From: the human T2T-CHM13v2.0 reference genome, Homo sapiens
Reading direction: 5' to 3' (one strand)
Assembly: GCF_009914755.1 (NCBI RefSeq)
Contig: NC_060925.1
Length of the DNA: 64,000 bases
Both the position numbers and the translations under genes were made by a program. The notes beneath the pieces are model-generated. The model did no database searches, was not told the origin of the DNA, and saw only the letters and a program-made list of their open reading frames with translations. Shown here in pieces: positions 1 through 16,600 of the stretch (its first letter is position 1; each line of letters begins with the position of its first letter).

Positions 1-28
1 CTTTGAGGGCAGTGGAAAGTCATCAGAG

Positions 29-262
29 CAGTGGTCCTCAGGGGAAATGGAGGATGGAGGTAGGGGGTGCCCTCCAGGGGACATTCAGCATTTAAGTTTG
101 GAGACATTTGAAGTTGCCACAACTTAGGTGAGTGTTTTTGGTGCCTAGTGTGAATAGAGGCCGGGATGCTGCTAAACCCTACAAGGCACATGACAGCCTG
201 CTTCTCCCCAAACTGAATAGTTTAGCCCCAAATGTGAATAGCGCCAAGGGTGAGAAACTCTG
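29..262 (+). mobile_element. MER20 hAT DNA transposon fossil
   Basis: Matches the recalled MER20 consensus (CAGTGG..CAGGGGACATT..GAGGCC.GGGATGCTGCTAAAC..CCAAATGTGAATAG.GCC.AGG.TGAGAAAC). Confidence 0.8.
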
Positions 263-265
263 GAT

Positions 266-556
266 GTTTTGTTTTGTTTTGAGACAGAGTCTTACTCTGT
301 TGTCCAGGCTGGAGTGCAGTGGTGCATCTCAGCTCACTGCGAGCTCCGCCTCCCGGGTGCACGCCATTCTCCTGCCTCAGCCTCCCGAGTAGCTGGGAAG
401 TGCCCGCCACCATGCCCGGCTAATTTTTTGTATTTTTTAGTAGAGACGGGGTTTCACCGTGTTAGCCAGGATGGTCTCGATCTCCTGACCTCGTGATCTG
501 CCCACCTCAGCCTCCCAAAGTGCTGGGAATACAGGTGTGAGCCACCGCACCCGGCC
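266..556 (-). mobile_element. AluY
   Basis: Full antisense Alu with Y-type motifs (CACGCCATTCTCC, CCGTGTTAGCCAGGATGGTCTCGATC). Confidence 0.9.
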
Positions 557-936
557 TCTGGATGGTTTTAAGCACGGGAGTTGCATGGTTGGATTTGTGT
601 TAGAAAGGTCACTGCCGCTAAGGAGCGGGAACAGTCTATGCGGAGATAATAAAGAAGGGAGAGAGGCCAGCTGAGACTGAAGCCCAAGGGGCCCCAGGTC
701 TGCGCCCGCTCGGAGGGGTCTGTGATGTGTGACCGGTGCACACCTAACTACACTCATCTGGTGGCTCACTCTTGCCTTGCAGCCAGGCAGTTCATAAATG
801 CTTTTTGTCCTGGGGTAGGAGCCTCTAAACCTCATGGTTTTCATTTGCTGTTTTATTTTGATGTTTTATGATTTTATAAATTTAGCAATAATAGAATCTA
901 TTTGGAGACGAGTGTGATCAGAAATCTAATAAGTAG

Positions 937-1113
<177 letters not shown>

Positions 1114-1443
1114 TGATCATCCTTTACCTTTAACTTAGTCCTGTTTTCCACTGAAAGCATTCCCTGTGTCTCACGGCCTTGTGACTTAATCTAGCAGATA
1201 TACCGTGGTCAGCTATCTGGATTGTTGTCCTGATTGTTTTGCAGTTGTAGTTCCTCTGTGATGAGCCTTACTGCTCCCTGCAGCTCTTTCTAAAATTAGG
1301 TCAAATGCTAATGTTTTTATGAACATGTTTCTATGACTCTTGATACAGATGTAGCTAGTGTTCTGTGGGCCTGTCAGGTGTGCCAGCTACTTGGTCTGGC
1401 CTCACAGTGGGCTGGAGGTCAGCTGACAACAGTACAAAGATAT

Positions 1444-2200
1444 GTGGGAAAAACTCTCCTCAAACCATGTTTTTCCTCCACTGTCACACCACAACAGTCA
1501 TTGACACAGAAGATGACTTCTGTGACCAAATGTGTAGGGGGTTTTCCCCACACACACCAAACAGCGGACACCAGCTGGGTGTCCTCTCATTCACTTCCGA
1601 CACTGTCTACCAGGAGACAGCCCCACAGATTGGGGGCTCAGTCCCCAGGACTGCCCACCCCCCGCCCACCCACTTACCCACACACCAGTTGTATGTCTGG
1701 GCCTCCAGAGCTTCTGAACGACCAGCTTCAAGTTGGGGTTCCCATGACCCTCTCTTTGGATTCTATTAATGTGCTGGAGTGGCTCACAGAACTCAGGGAA
1801 ACACTTAATGTTTACTGGTTTGTTATAGAGGACATCGCAAGGATACAGAAGAAGAGACAGGTAGGGCCAGGTACAGAGTAAGGGGCGTGGAGCTTTCATA
1901 CCCTCCCCGGGGGCCACCCTCCAGGAGCCTCCATGCGATCAGCTCTGGAAGCTCCCTGAACCCTGTCCTCTTGGGTTTTTCTGGAAGCTTCATGTCAGCA
2001 GCATTCCTTCTCCCAGAGATAGGAGGGGACTCTCATGGAGTAAGACCAACAAGGTAAGGACATTAGAGGATGGCCTTGGGGCAGGTGAAAGGAGATCAAG
2101 GGACTGTCAGAGGCTGCCCCTGCGGCCTCACACACCCCACATAACGAAAGACAAGGGCTATGAGAGTTAGGAGCCAGGAAACAAGTATCCTAACACCATA
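1444..2200 (-). mobile_element. MER21-family solo LTR in an SLC25A33 intron
   Basis: GGACACCAGCTGGGTGTCCTCT..GACACT.TCTACC.GGAGA..GGGCTCAGTCCC..GACTGCCC is the MER21 signature. It accounts for the ORFs at 1333-1917. Confidence 0.7.
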
Positions 2201-2292
2201 AGGAAGACCCGTACCTGTTCTCCTACTGTGTGATGTCTGTGTTCCACCATGATATGTCTCCTTAACAGCCTGTGTTGGTCTCTTTTATGCAG

Positions 2293-2573
2293 AGTGAGGG
2301 GCTCTAAGCAGATGAATACACTCCAGTGTGCTCGTTACGTTTACCAGACCGAAGGCATTCGTGGCTTCTATAGAGGATTAACTGCCTCGTATGCTGGAAT
2401 TTCCGAAACTATAATCTGCTTTGCTATTTATGAAAGTTTAAAGAAGTATCTGAAAGAAGCTCCATTAGCCTCTTCTGCAAATGGGACTGAGAAAAATTCC
2501 ACAAGTTTTTTTGGACTTATGGCAGCTGCTGCTCTTTCTAAGGGCTGTGCCTCCTGCATTGCTTATCCACACG
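2293..2573 (+). CDS. SLC25A33: SLC25A33 penultimate coding exon (281 nt)
   Basis: ttttatgcag| acceptor and G|gtatgt donor. Encodes VRGSKQMNTLQCARYVYQTEGIRGFYRGLTASYAG..CIAYPH, with the mitochondrial-carrier EG..GFYRG motif. Confidence 0.97.
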
Positions 2574-2912
2574 GTATGTTTTGCTTTTGTTCTTCCAGAG
2601 CAGTAAAACAGCTGTCACGTTTGTTGTTTGTGGGTATATCTAGACTTCTGAGGCGCACATTGAGGCGCAGGATCCCTGCAGGTAAGGTCAGTGAGTATGA
2701 GGGAAACAGCTCTAACCGCATGGACAGAGGTCACGTGAGTGGTGGGAACTCGACCTTACTCAAATCCAGCTGATTATAGCCAAAACTTGTTGTGCAGAAA
2801 CGCAGGTCCTGGGTTGCTGAACTTTTGCTGTTTTCAAGGAAGCTAAAAATCTGGATTGTATTTAATATTCCTTGAATCAAAATGATAATATGGGAGCCAA
2901 ACTTACTCAGCC

Positions 2913-3244
<332 letters not shown>

Positions 3245-3807
3245 CTATTTCTAATGGAGCCTTAAGGCTACTTTGGGTAAGTTTATTTTTTTGAGTTATA
3301 GAATTCTTGACCTACTGGCCTACTTATTTTAAAAAATGCTTAGTTTATTGTGCCATGAAAAACAGGTTTTATTTTCATAAGCCTTCTGTACTGTCAGCTA
3401 TGGCAAATGCATACAGTCAACTCAGTAACAGGTGCTGAGTCCCCTTTGTGTCCTGGAGCACTAAGCTGACCCCAGAGGACATCTGAGGAAAGAGGTCAGT
3501 GATGCCTCCCAGGGTCTGAGGTCTGTGTGAGGGCAGGAGTGACGAATGTCCAACTCTAGGTGTCTGGGAAGGAGGCCCAGGTGGGCAAAGGCTGGCAAAG
3601 GAGAGGGTGGCTTTTGAGCTGGGCAGAGTAGAAAACGTTTCCAGGAGGAGGAGGAAACTGAAAAATATAAGAAAAGAATTCGTTGAAGGTATTGCCATAC
3701 TTCATACAAATTAGCATTTGCTTAATTGGGAGTAGAAAACCATGAATTATTTTAACATTAAGTCTCATTGAAACTAAGCTTTTTTTAACCCCTTAAAAGT
3801 TATTTTG

Positions 3808-4086
3808 CTGTAATCCCAGCACTTTGGGAGGCCAAGATGGGCACATCACCTGAGATTAGGAGTTCGAAACCAGGCTGGCCAACATGGCGAAACCCCGTCT
3901 CTACTAAAAATACAAAAATTAGCTGGGTGTGGTGGCAGGTGCCTGTAATCCCAGCTACTCAGGAGGCTGAGGCAGGAGAATCACTTGAACCCAGAAGGCA
4001 GAGGTTGCAGTGAGCCAAGATCGTACCGACTGCACTCCAGCCTGAGTAATAGAGTGAGACTCTGCCTCAAAAAAAAAAAAAAAAAA
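3808..4086 (+). mobile_element. 5'-truncated AluS with 13-bp TSD
   Basis: AAAAGTTATTTTG at 3795-3807 and 4083-4095 flanks the element. Confidence 0.9.
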
Positions 4087-4252
4087 GTTATTTTGTACTT
4101 TCGTGTATGTGTAAGTGTCCATAGTTGACCAAATCCTAGAGTTGGAAAAGGTTCTAAAAAGAACTTAATTTTTCATTGTCTCTCTAGGTTATGTGACTTT
4201 CCTGTCCAAATACAGCTGAGGTGGGAAATAGACACAGTTGTAACCTTGACAA

Positions 4253-4616
<364 letters not shown>

Positions 4617-4637
4617 TAGGTCTTTCTCTCTCTGCAG

Positions 4638-4840
4638 AAGTCATAAGGACGAGGCTCCGGGAAGAGGGCACCAAGTACAAGTCTTTTGTCCAGACGGCGC
4701 GCCTGGTGTTCCGGGAAGAAGGCTACCTTGCCTTTTATAGAGGACTGTTTGCCCAGCTTATCCGGCAGATCCCAAATACTGCCATTGTGTTGTCTACTTA
4801 TGAGTTAATTGTGTACCTGTTAGAAGACCGTACTCAGTAA
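4638..4840 (+). CDS. SLC25A33: SLC25A33 last coding exon
   Basis: ctctctgcag| acceptor. G|AA completes the P-H-E-V-I-R-T-R carrier signature PX[DE]XX[KR]X[KR]. Ends ..YLLEDRTQ* at TAA 4838-4840. Confidence 0.97.
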
Positions 4841-4866
4841 CAGGCCGGAAAATTGTGCTCTAGAAG

Positions 4867-4872
4867 AATAAA
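4867..4872 (+). terminator. Proximal AATAAA poly(A) signal of SLC25A33
   Basis: Canonical hexamer 26 nt after the stop, with a T-rich tract downstream. Confidence 0.5.
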
Positions 4873-5281
4873 ACTGAAAAACTCTAGAGAATTTTTTTTC
4901 CCCATTGATGTTTAGAAAGTTTGAGACTGAAACAGGAAAGGCCATAAAATATCTGGTTCATATCACCTGTTGGACATTTCCTTTTGGATTCATGCTTTCT
5001 GGAAGGTTTAAATTCATTAACGTTAATAGTTAATTATAACTTTTTTTTTAACTTAAGAGGATTCAGGGTTAAGCACCAACTAAATTAAATCATGCTATTT
5101 AATTTAAGTATACATTTGGCTTGTGTCCTCTTTTATGCTCACTATACTATGAAGGACTTAAGTAATTCAGATAAACCTGCCCTAGAACTGCAGAGAAAAA
5201 TGATAAAGTGAGAATACAACTTGTTTTATAATCTGACTTTAAGATCTTGCACTGCTAGACAGGGAAGAAGTGTCGCATTTT

Positions 5282-7330
<2,049 letters not shown>

Positions 7331-7491
7331 CAGAGTAACATCTAATTTTAATATTCACATTCCTATTTTAATATTCATATTCGATGATGGCACTTAGCAA
7401 CATCCTCCTATATCCATATTAAAACCTGTTTTCCAAGATTGTGTCTAATATGAAGGTGTAAAATTGCTTTGTTTTCACTCCTTCTTGAATG

Positions 7492-7497
7492 AATAAA
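7492..7497 (+). terminator. Distal AATAAA poly(A) signal of SLC25A33
   Basis: Canonical hexamer in AT-rich unique sequence followed by a T/GT-rich element. Confidence 0.65.
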
Positions 7498-7649
7498 TTT
7501 GATAGTAACCAATTATAATTTTAGTTTTCTGCTTCTCCTGCCCCAGGGCATGGAAATGCAAGCTGCTTAGGCACCCAAAGTAGGAAAGAAGTGATGGTTC
7601 CTCTGTAAAGGGCTCATTAGCTTTAAAAATGGGAAATACCTGTGGTTTT

Positions 7650-8168
7650 TCTTTTAATTTTTGTGGGTATATAGGAGGTATATATATTTATGGGGTACAT
7701 GAGATGTTTTGATACAGGCGTGCAACGTGAAATAAGCACATCATGAAGAATGGGGTATCCGTCCCTTCAAGCGTGTATCCATTGAGTTGCAAACAATCCA
7801 GTTACACTCTTGTTATTCTGAAATGCACAGTTAATGTTGGGGTTGGGTGGTTCACGCTTGTAATCCCAGCACTTTTGGGAGGGTGAGGCAGGTGGAGGAT
7901 CACTTGCGCTCAGGAGTTCGAGACCAGCCTGGCAACATGGTGAAACCCTGTCTTTATTTAAAAAAAAAAAAAAAGCTGGGTGCGGTGGTGTGCACTTGTG
8001 GTCTCAGCTACTCCAGAGGCTGAGGCAGGAGAATGAAGGACTTGAGCCCAGGAGGCGGAGGTTGCCGTGAGCTGAGATGGCACCATTGCAGTCCAGCTTG
8101 GGTGACAGGAGTGACCCTGTCTCAAAAGTACGATTAAATTATTATTGACTGTAGTCATCCTGTTGTGC
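7650..8168 (-). mobile_element. L1MA 3'-end fragment interrupted by an AluJ (about 7840-8127, +)
   Basis: TATTTATGGGGTACATGAGATGTTTTGATACAGGC..AAACAATCCA..TTATTGACTGTAGTCATCCTGTTGTG is the L1MA 3'UTR motif. Confidence 0.75.
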
Positions 8169-8195
8169 TTTTTTCTTTCTCTTTTTTTAATATAA

Positions 8196-8750
<555 letters not shown>

Positions 8751-9429
8751 AGGGGCATCTGAGCCTGTGGAATGGTCTGACTTCAAAGTCAAGATCTGAC
8801 AAACCATTTCATTCCTTTTACTTAAGAATTACAGATCCATGGATGATACTGCTGATAAAGGTGTGCTTAAACTAATGCACGTAATAGAATTGGCCACATA
8901 AAGAGTCCTTTGGGTGGGACATGCAAACTGAATCTTCCTTGGGAAGCAAATGGCACTTAAACACAATGCCTGCCTGCTGTTTTGAGGGAAGATACACCTT
9001 AAATGATTATTTTGTTTGCTCATGGCTGGTGAAAGCATCAAGACTGCATGGAAAGGCTTTTGCTGGGATACTCACAAGAAAGAGGAGGTCCAGACCCAAG
9101 TGAACCTCCAGGTTTCCTGTCTGCTTCACTCTCCAGTCCCCCTTCCCCCCAGTGAATGTGCATGATTCCGGTGTGGACAGAGGAACTGGCTGCAGGAGCA
9201 AAAAAACATTTGCCCTCAATCCATCACTACCCACAAAGAGTTTACAATGTTAACCTCAAAAAAAAAAAAGTGATCAGAACACTGGAACATAGTGTGTAAT
9301 TAGATACAAATATTTTCTGTTTACTTTTTTAAAACTAGTAATTTAGCTGAAATCAATAATGAAACACAGTGACTCTTCCCCTTGAATCTCCTCCCACCAC
9401 CAGGTAATCAGTTTGCAATTCAGTGTTAA

Positions 9430-10592
<1,163 letters not shown>

Positions 10593-11180
10593 CTGGATCT
10601 GGCATTCTTTCTAATGGTTGCATTATGTTCCGAACTATGGCTGTCCTATGATTTATTCAACCATGTCCCTATCCGTGGATGATCGTGTTTCTAAAAAGCT
10701 AGTTTTTCAACCATTAGAGCGGCTCAAGGAGCTGCTAAACAGCACTGGGCGCATAGGCTGGGTTTGACTAGACAGGATTAGCGAGGGGGAAAAAGACTAA
10801 TTACAAGCAGTTGCGTACTCTGGAGATGCTCCCCTTAGCAGAAGCTCGGTGGACTGTCTGCAGCCAGACCTCCGGGCCTGGCGGCTGGCGCGGGAGGCAG
10901 AAGGCGGGGCTTTCCTACAGGGCTCCGTGCCCCGCCCTCCCCGCGCCGCCTTCCACCTCCGGCCGCGCGGGGGCGCTCCCCGGCCGGCTCTGTCGCTTCC
11001 GCCGCCGCCCCGCCCACCCGGGCTCACCCCTCGTCCCGATTGGCTGCGCGACGGGAGCGCGCCGAGTCAGGGGGCGGGCCCGCGCCCGCTACAAAGCGGC
11101 GAAGGTCACGGCGCGAGGAGGCGCGCGTCGCCGCCCCGCGTCCCGCCTGCGGCCCGCGCCCCCGGCGTCACCGCCTCCTG

Positions 11181-11252
11181 CCCGCCTGCCCGCCTGCCCG
11201 CCTGCCCGCCTACCCGCCTACCCGCCTACCCGCCTACCCCCCTGCCGGCCTG
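11181..11252 (+). repeat. Octamer tandem repeat (CCCGCCTG)3(CCCGCCTA)4 plus 2 degenerate units
   Basis: Read directly; ends 22 nt before the ATG. Confidence 0.95.
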
Positions 11253-11274
11253 CCGTCCTTCCACGCGGAGAGCC

Positions 11275-11387
11275 ATGGAGGGAGTGAGCGCGCTGCTGGC
11301 CCGCTGCCCCACGGCCGGCCTGGCCGGCGGCCTGGGGGTCACGGCGTGCGCCGCGGCCGGCGTGTTGCTCTACCGGATCGCGCGGAG
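11275..11387 (+). CDS. TMEM201: TMEM201 exon 1 (MEGVSALLARC..LYRIARR)
   Basis: Kozak GCCATGG, hydrophobic N-terminus, AG|gtgagt donor; 113 coding nt. Confidence 0.97.
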
Positions 11388-13589
11388 GTGAGTGCATGGT
11401 TCGGCCCCACGCGGCCCTCTGCGCCGCCCGCCAGGCCCGCCCCCGCGCCGCCCCGGCCCGCTGCCCCCCTCGGCCGGGACCCGGGCTGCCCGCGGGCGCG
11501 CGGAGACCCCCGGCGCGCGCCGCCGCCCCCCGAGACCGGGTTGAGACTGCAGTCGGGAAGCGGCTGCGGAGTCGAGTGGAGCGGCGGGGACTCCGGGAAC
11601 GTGGGGCGCGGGCGAGAGCGCCGCGCGGGGGCCACAAACTTCCTCCGGGAGCCGCGGGGGGCTGGAGCCGGTGCGCACGGGCCGCCCCTGCCCTCAGCCC
11701 CGTGCTGGGCCCCGGTGCACGGCGATGCTGGCGATCGCGGCTGGCGGTTGCTGCTCGGCATGTGACGTCCCGGGCGTTTTTCTACACGCCTCGCATCCGC
11801 GCGTTTCAGAGCCACAGCCCCTGCTTACGCTAGAGCAGCTGAGGGACAGGGAGGCTCAGTAACTTGCTGTTAATGAGAGGAATCATGGTTTGAGCCGATG
11901 GAATCTGCAGGGCAGACCCCGAGGCTGGGCTGCCTCCCAGAGGTGGGCAAGGCCTGAGATGCCTCCAAACAGTTCAAGACGGGCCGGGGCCACCCTCCTC
12001 CCTGCCCGGCTCACGGGCCATGCGGGCCCCCGGGTTCAGATCCGGCCTCTTTCATCGGCCTCCATCGCCAGGCATAAAAGCTTAGTGGCCTGTTGCTTCA
12101 GCAGAGCCTCGCAGGTAGCTTACTGTTTCTCCACTTGATCCACCTTTCCAGAGGGCAGGGGGGAAAGTGGGGTTGTGAGAACATCCTAGAAAGAGTGGAT
12201 GGGTTTGCAGCTTCGGCAAGGGATGCAATGAGCTCACACCCTTAGGAAAAAGGGGAGAAGGGACTTGCCCACTCAGCAGCAAGTGGCAGAGCTGGGGTTT
12301 GAACCCTGATCGTCTGGCTGGTCTGTTTGTTCTTCCTTAACACATACCGGTGCTGCTTCTCTCCTCCAGGGGGGAAACGGGGAAAAAGAAGTACAGGTGG
12401 TTGAGTCACAGAGGCTTCCCAGAGGAGGAAGGCATGGGAGGGACATCAGCTGTGTCTGGAGGATGGGCCAGATGTGACTGAGGAGGGTAGCTGGGGATTG
12501 AGTGACCCCAGCCCAGAGGTCCCTGACAACCCAAGTCTCTCCATGTCGGTTTCTGCTGGATTCCTGGAAGTTGAGCATCTGCAGGACCAGCTTGTCCAAG
12601 CCGGTGGTTTTATACCCAGGGGACCGAGGTCCAGAGACCTCAGGTGATTTGCTCACATTCCCAGAGCATGTTGCCAGCTGAGCTGGTCCAGCACCCGGTG
12701 TTCTTCCTGGACGAAGCCGCCTCTCAGCTAACCCAGGATGGGGGGTGTTGCCTCAAGGATGAGAGCCTGGGGGAGGGGATAGTCTGCCAGCCACACAGCA
12801 CCTCCGTTGTGTTTATTGAGGCTGGACTTGGACTGGGTGGCTCACTGTGCCACACACTGCAGCTGTCCTCAGGGATGCTGTCTCCCCTTCCTGCCCTGCT
12901 GGCCACAGCTCTCCATCTCCTGGAAACAAGAGTCTGGGGCCTTGGAGAGATATTGGGCTAGCTGGTGCCAGGGGAACTAGGAGGGTGCCTGGAAGTCCTT
13001 TCACGCCCCTGACGGCACCAGCAGGTCACGGTGTGGCATTGAGACCCTTGCTGTTGATTGGGCCGAGAAGGGCCAGCCTTTCCCAGGATGCTTTAAGATG
13101 TCCTCATAGAGCACTGGGTTTCACCTGGAGGTCATAAATTGGCCACTGTCACGATTCAGAAGCCAGACCAACCTAGCAAGAGGTTGAGCCTTCCTCCGAG
13201 GAGGAGAGTGCTGTGACAGTGAGGAACCAAGCATTGACTCTGGCTGCAGTGTAGGTTTTGAATGACCCTCGGGAGGGCATGTAAGGAGAGCTGTTTTTGG
13301 AAGGCGACTTGGCTGGGTGGGTGTTTGCAGGCTCAGCACAGAGATGGACAGAGAGGAAGATGTAGAGGGAGTGGGCAGGTCAGCCCCACCTTGTGCTTTA
13401 GGACTGGCTGAGGCGCATGGGAAGGAGGCTGCTTCTCTGAAGGACTGAGTCCTCCCACAGCCTCAGTCAGGGCCCGCCCTGGCTTCCCCACGCATGGAGT
13501 CCTCTCGCTTCCATGGTTGTTACTGATGGGAGCAGCTGATGGCTGTAAGCACAGCACACTGTCTTCTCATGAAACTGCCAGGGCGGGCT

Positions 13590-13680
13590 CTACTGTTCTC
13601 CCATTTTACAGATGAGGAAACCAAAGCTTGGGGAGGTTGGGCTACCTGCCCCACATCACCCGGCTGTTAAATGGCAGGGC
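13590..13680 (+). mobile_element. MIR fragment (others near 12270, 17100, 18480, 32330, 58350)
   Basis: CCCATTTTACAGATGAGGAAAC core. Confidence 0.7.
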
Positions 13681-16600
13681 CCTGCCTCGCACCAGAACTT
13701 CAGCTTGTCAGCCCAGCTTCAACCTCTGGGTGCTCATGGAGCCCCTTGGCTGCTTCTCTGCACCTATGGGAAGCCACCACGGTCGGCACAGTTGGGGGGC
13801 AGATGCCCCAGTTTCACTTCCCTGTGTCCAGGCCGTCGTGAAGTCTGTGGCTTCCTAGGCCTCCCTGTCCCCTGGACGCTGCTGCTCGGGTGCCTGTCCT
13901 CAGCCCTCTTCAAACGATGCCCAGGATCCGTGCTCTGCCAGCACATCCCTGCACACACCACCGCCCCGCCTCCGGGGCTTTGTTGGTGTTTACTGGGATT
14001 GTCTCCTTTCTAGTGTTTGGGGACAAAGAGGATGCAGCCTCCCAGAGGATATGCAGCAGAGCCTCATTCTGGAAGTCAGAGTCCCCTGTAACGGCCCTTC
14101 CCGTTTCCAGGCTCCCCCCTCCCACTCACTCTCCTGCTGCTGCGCACTCTCCCTGAGCAACCGCCGCACCCCGGGCATACGTTGGGTGGTCCCCTCCCTC
14201 TGCCGTCTGCCCTGCTGGTGAGCACAGCTGTGCTTCAGGGCGACCGCAGATGCCCCGCTTATTGGCCTCTGTCCTGTGGTATCTGTCACCAGCTGCCCTG
14301 GGAGGTCGTCGTTCTTGTCTTGCTCACGTTTGCATCTCTGCCAGCCTAGGGTGGTGCTTGCTTAACTGATGGGATGTTCCGCTCGCACCAGGAGCGACCC
14401 TAGAATGGTGGATTGGGGCGTTTTCCATCCTGATGTTGGAGTTGCTGCTGTGGATTCAAGTATGTTTTGCTTGGAGATGGGCTGGAGGCCCTGGCAGTGC
14501 TAAGTTCTGAGTTGCATTTTGATGCTTCTGTCGCTGAAGCCCAGGAGGCCTCTTCTCTGGTCCTTCTGGTTGAATGAAACACGGTGTTGCCCACTTAAGC
14601 GGGAAGTGCAGGTGAGGAGCTGCTTGGGAGGCTGGCCTCTGGCTCCCTGGCCCCTGAGGGAACCTGACTCTTACAGTCTTTCCAACCCCGCACTGGGGCC
14701 AGCACACAGTGTCCCAGGTCCTGAGCAATGTGCTAAGGCCCCTGTCTGAGGAGGTGATGATTTCCCAGGGCTGGGCAGAGACTCTGGGAGCTGGCCAGCC
14801 TGCTACAACCACTGAGCTCCCCAGGGCAGGGACCAAGCCCCATCCAGTGCCCCCTCTAGCAGGTTCCCCCTACCTGGTGCTTTCCTAGGCTGAGGACCCA
14901 GCGCTGGGCTCGCACCTAGAACAGAGCCCCTCCCACCTGCAGGGAATAGTGAGGCATCCCGCAGGAGCTTTGTTTCAATACATGTCCGTCTTGTTTTCCC
15001 TCAGTGTGTATGTTGGGCTTGTGGACGGGGCAGGTACAGAGCATGCAGCTGCCCTAGCTTTTTCTTAGGGACCCATCTCCCTCCGGGCTTCCTCAGGCTT
15101 CCCAGGGGCTCGGCATCGAGCTAGCAGGAGCCGAGATAGTGGCCTCCAGGCCCTCGTGTCCACCCATCAAATGGGACCCATAGGGCCAGCTGCTGTCCCC
15201 CCAGAGCTGGAACCGTTGTGGGCAGGGGCAGCCCCTCCAGGCCCGAGCTCCTCTCTTGCTTGTGTTGCAGGGACATTCTGTCACGTTACCTCAAACCTTG
15301 CCCACCAACTGTGGTTTGTCCCAGAGTCAAGTTAAGGACGGAGGTTGTTGGCTTGCAGAAGAGAAGTGGGCTGAGGGGTTTATCAGGGAAACTTGGGGGC
15401 TTCTCCCAGAGCAAAAACAGGGTCCAGCCTAGGCTGGCTCAGAAGAGATTGACCCAGATGCTGCCTCAACAGGCCGGGCAGAGGCAAGCATAGGCTAGGG
15501 GCCAGGACTTCCCCCACCTGCGTGGGGACCTCGTCCGAGCTGTGGACAGTGTTTCACATGTGGTCATGTGTCTGACGCCGCCGTGCTGGTGCCTGGGGGA
15601 CCTGCAATTCATGCCCAGCTCCCCATCGACCCCTGGCCTACCTGCCTCTTGGGACCTTTCAGGGCTCACCCCCAAAGGCACTGTGGGAGAGGACCCCCTG
15701 GCAGGTAGGGCCCGCCTGGCCAAAGTGGGTGGCAGCTGCTCTGGCCACCAGAGAGCCCACCCCCAACTCTAGCAGGGATTACCCAGGGCTGAGAGTGACA
15801 GGAGTTAGAGCTGCTGGCCCCAGGGACAAGGGCTAATCCCTTGCCTCCCCCCTCTTCCGGGCCGCCTCATTCTAGATCAGTGGAGCCATTTCCCTAGCAA
15901 CAGAGCAGGAGATTCAGAATGGAAACATGACTTCCTGGGGTGGGCGGGGCTTCATGGCAGGCACCCTGGACAGAAGCCACAGCCCCTGCTCAGCTGTCAT
16001 TGGTCCCCTAGGCAGGCTCAAGGGTTGACCTTCCTTTTCAAACAGGGTAAGAGAGCTGAGGGGCCTTCCGTGGGGGTAGGAAGCCTGTCACCCAAAGTCA
16101 GTTGGGTGCAGAGCCTTGTCCGGCTCAGGGGTGGGGGGTCACACAAGCAGGTCTTCACCCATCAGGACACGCCCCCATGCACAGTTACAAAGAAGCCTGT
16201 ACAACAGCTAGTAATTAGCACAGGGAAGTCCACGTGCTTAGTTGCCCGGGAGTGCTAGATGCGGGCACCGCAGCAGAGCAGGTCTCCACATGCCCCAGAG
16301 CGAGTCTCCTTCCCTGGCTGTTCATGTAGTCGGCGCCCGGTGGCGCTGTCCTAATGCCGAGCACTGAGCGCCTCCCTGCATTCTCCTGTAGGATCCTCAC
16401 AGTGGCCTCTCCTGGGGCAGGGATGCTCAGCAGCCCCCTTTGACAGGTGAGGGATGAGACTGCGGCCCTAGAAGGCAGAGCTGCTCTCCAAGGCCATGCC
16501 TGTTGCCATACTGCCTGCCCAGCTGGCTGGCTCCGTTTCGTCGCTGGTCTGCAGGCCTTGCCCGCTGTCTCCATGCTGTTGACAAGATGCAGCGGTCCTT

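Larger units (their letters stand above)
10850..11810 (+). promoter_or_regulatory. TMEM201: TMEM201 CpG-island promoter
   Basis: Very CpG-dense; inverted CCAAT (ATTGG 11039-11043) and GC boxes (GGGGCGGG near 11070); spans exon 1. Confidence 0.9.

Noticed and set aside
1333-1917. 182/134/108-aa overlapping ORFs
   Set aside because: They lie within a MER21-like LTR and show no protein-like features.
10797-11862. Multiple long Pro/Arg/Ala/Gly-rich ORFs on both strands
   Set aside because: Stop-codon depletion in a CpG island; only 11275-11387 is supported as coding.
14843-14862. Possible CTCF site in TMEM201 intron 1
   Set aside because: Only a partial match; not supportable without ChIP data.
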